Shown here piece after piece: positions 15,418 through 17,533 of a DNA stretch of 17,533 nt; the stretch's first letter is position 1, and each line of letters opens with the position of its first letter. Below the pieces are notes generated by a model. It did not search any database, was not told the DNA's origin, and saw only the letters and a list, made by a program, of their open reading frames with translations. Both the position numbers and the translations under genes were made by a program. Location of the stretch: the NCBI GenBank assembly GCA_048939765.1, contig JBHLPF010000028.1, positions 1-17,533 on the forward strand, read 5' to 3'. The stretch comes from Promethearchaeota archaeon. GTDB lineage: Archaea; Asgardarchaeota; Thorarchaeia; Thorarchaeales; Thorarchaeaceae.

Positions 15418-16377
15418 TTACTTGAGGACTCCAAAGGTTTGCACAAGCCAGTCTAGATATAGCTTAACTCCTTGCCTCAGGGAAATCTTTTGCTTCCAGC
15501 CAGCTTTTCGCAATAACCCAACATCTAGATCAGTAATCAGCACATCTCCTGACCAACCACGTTCAGATCCAGTGTAGTGGATTTCAACATCAGTTCCAGT
15601 AAGCTCTTCAACGACCAGTTGAGCAATGTCACTTACCTTCAATCGTTCTCCAGAACCCACATTGACTGGAGTATAACCCGAAGCCATATTCTGAGCTAAT
15701 GCGATAGTTGCATCAGTAGCATCCGTTACATACATGTATGATTTCTCCTGCAAACCGGTTCCAAGGACTTCGAGACGATTCGGATTCTTCTTGAGCTTCT
15801 CATAAAAATCAAAAATGACGCCATGAGTCAATCGGGGTCCAATGATGTTTGCCAGTCTCAGACTTACAGAGTCAAATCCATACAAGGCTGAATACGATGA
15901 GAGATACATTTCCACTGCACACTTTGCCGCCCCATAGTTACTGATGGGCCTAAGGGGAGTCGACTCAGGCGTAGGCAGAATCTCTGGATCACCATAAACA
16001 GTCCCCCCAGAGGATGCAAACACAATCTTGGTAACGTCATTCAGCCTCATAGTTTCTAGTAGCAGGAGGCTTCCTTGCACATTTATATCAAAGTCCAAGA
16101 GGGGTTGAGCGATACTGAGCCTCACGTCAGGCTGTGCGGCAAAATGATAGACAATGTCAATGCTATCCATCACCTTGGAGATATCATCGTCAGAGGTGAT
16201 TGAGCCTTTCACAAATAGGAACTTGACATCTTCTTCATGCTGCCGAAGGTTATCCATCGCTCCAGTTGATAGATCATCTAGCACAACCACCTCATGGTCT
16301 GTCAATAGACGATCAACCAAATGGCTGCCCAGAAATCCTGCCCCACCAGTCACCAATATTCTTGCCATTGCATTCAT
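15418..16377 (-). CDS. NAD-dependent epimerase/dehydratase (UDP-glucose 4-epimerase-like extended SDR)
   Basis: ILVTGGAGFLGSHL, HFAA, FASSGGTVYG and YGAAK motifs. The start may be ATG 16368. Confidence 0.92.
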   Translation of the reverse strand: MNAMARILVTGGAGFLGSHLVDRLLTDHEVVVLDDLSTGAMDNLRQHEEDVKFLFVKGSITSDDDISKVMDSIDIVYHFAAQPDVRLSIAQPLLDFDINVQGSLLLLETMRLNDVTKIVFASSGGTVYGDPEILPTPESTPLRPISNYGAAKCAVEMYLSSYSALYGFDSVSLRLANIIGPRLTHGVIFDFYEKLKKNPNRLEVLGTGLQEKSYMYVTDATDATIALAQNMASGYTPVNVGSGERLKVSDIAQLVVEELTGTDVEIHYTGSERGWSGDVLITDLDVGLLRKAGWKQKISLRQGVKLYLDWLVQTFGVLK

Positions 16378-16409
16378 TCCCCAAGCTCTGCCTTTGGCAT
16401 TAAGTCTTG

Positions 16410-16985
16410 CTAGGCAGTGAAACGGGAATCGGAAAGGATGCTCTCGATGAGCAATGATGCAGTGGGATTTTCTTGATTCTTATTCCATTCTGATACGAAT
16501 TCCCGGTAGAGCGACAATTCTCTCAAGATTGGAAGTGATATAGCCTTGAGTTCGTTGAACGCAATTTCAGGTCCTGTTCCCAAGCCCGGACATATCTCTT
16601 TCACAGCGCTCAAGCCCCAAGTAGTTTCCCCCTCTTTCTCTCGGAATACAAAAGGGAATGACCTGCACACACCAGGTCTAAATTGGTGAATCATGCAGAG
16701 ATCGTCTGACAGGAAGATACACTCCTTGTTTTCCATTCGGCGAAGAGCAATATAGGCCGCTCCATGTTCGGTGTTCACGGCAGGTATATCTCTCATACCA
16801 GCAGGCGGGTCACCACCATTCTCAGGCAACACATAGAAATCCAAAGCACGAAGTGTTTCGGATGTCGAGGTATCCAAGAAGAATGATAGACGCACTATAT
16901 CATTGCCGGTGACTGTCACTAGAAGTTCCTTCTCCTTGCAGCATGCCCCACACTTCGTGCACTCGAAATGGACCTGAGTTCCCAG
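16410..16985 (-). CDS. YkgJ-family CxxCxxCC (Zn/Fe-S-chelating) protein, probable CTG start
   Basis: The in-frame extension upstream of the ORF-track start gives GTQVHFECTKCGACCKEK; later CIFL...CMIHQFRPGVCRSFPF...CPGLG. GAGGTG lies 7 nt before CTG 16985. Confidence 0.85.
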   Translation of the reverse strand: MGTQVHFECTKCGACCKEKELLVTVTGNDIVRLSFFLDTSTSETLRALDFYVLPENGGDPPAGMRDIPAVNTEHGAAYIALRRMENKECIFLSDDLCMIHQFRPGVCRSFPFVFREKEGETTWGLSAVKEICPGLGTGPEIAFNELKAISLPILRELSLYREFVSEWNKNQENPTASLLIESILSDSRFTA

Positions 16986-17044
16986 ATTTAGCCACCTCTC
17001 TCTGCATTATCGATTTGGCCTCTTAAAGGAAGGCAAAGGACCGG

Positions 17045-17533
17045 TCAGCTTAATGAAGGAAGAAACGCCTCTAGCGAATCTAGCCCCTGCTCTATCGTTT
17101 CTTGAGATGCGGCATAACAGAACCGCAGATAACCGTCAAACGCTCTTCCAAATACCGAACCAGAAGCAGTGGAAACGCCCGCCTTCATGAGAAGCAACTC
17201 GGCAATTGTATTGCTGCTTAAGCCATATGCACTGAAGTCTGGAAATGCGTAGAAAGCACCTTCTGGCATCTCGCACTCGACATCTTCTATATGACGAAGC
17301 CGCTCGACCATATAGTTCCGACGAGCTTCATAAGCCTCACACATTTTAGTGATATGACTCTGGTCACTCTCTAATGCAACAGCACCCGCATATTGAACAA
17401 ACGATGTGGGACATGAGGTGGTGTTCTGTTGAATCCGCACCATATTCTCGATTGTTTCAGGATTTCCAATTGCATATCCGAGGCGCCATCCAGTCATACT
17501 GTAGGCCTTGGAGAATCCACTAATTACAAGTGT
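17045..17533 (-). CDS. PLP-dependent class I/II (aspartate-type) aminotransferase, 3' part
   Basis: The frame is open from the window edge: TLVISGFSKAYSMTGWRLGY (PLP Lys motif), PEGAFYAF and YLRFCYA. Confidence 0.93.
   Translation of the reverse strand, partial: TLVISGFSKAYSMTGWRLGYAIGNPETIENMVRIQQNTTSCPTSFVQYAGAVALESDQSHITKMCEAYEARRNYMVERLRHIEDVECEMPEGAFYAFPDFSAYGLSSNTIAELLLMKAGVSTASGSVFGRAFDGYLRFCYAASQETIEQGLDSLEAFLPSLS

Noticed and set aside
1-17533. CRISPR array, tRNA/rRNA, IS element or provirus
   Set aside because: No regularly spaced repeats, cloverleaf, transposase/integrase or terminal repeats were seen by eye. A covariance-model search was not possible.

Overview
Archaeal genomic window: GGAGG/GGTGA Shine-Dalgarno sites, TATA-like promoters, an SCPx-type thiolase with DUF35, a fused ADP-forming acyl-CoA synthetase and a standalone V4R protein. 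An Asgard (Thorarchaeia-like) origin is a plausible inference but is not proven. In order it contains: a partial enoyl-CoA hydratase; a pncB-pncA NAD salvage pair; an orphan helical protein; a ~9.8-kb minus-strand acyl-CoA/beta-oxidation region (ACD, Pta-N-like protein, nitroreductase, a protein with possible RHH domains at both ends, SCP2, HADH, ECH, thiolase, DUF35, V4R); a divergent locus of two tandem 46-aa CdrS/aCcr1-like ribbon-helix-helix genes (the second is missing from the ORF track) followed by two ~320-aa cysteine-rich paralogues of unknown family; and finally an NDP-sugar epimerase, a YkgJ-type CxxCxxCC protein that appears to start at CTG, and a partial class I/II aminotransferase. 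The best candidate for an undescribed system is the RHH-RHH-paralogue-paralogue locus (12777-15397), whose promoter carries a palindromic AGTATTACT site. An AGGGC-N5-GCCCT element also recurs just after stop codons. No rRNA, tRNA, CRISPR array or transposase was recognised.
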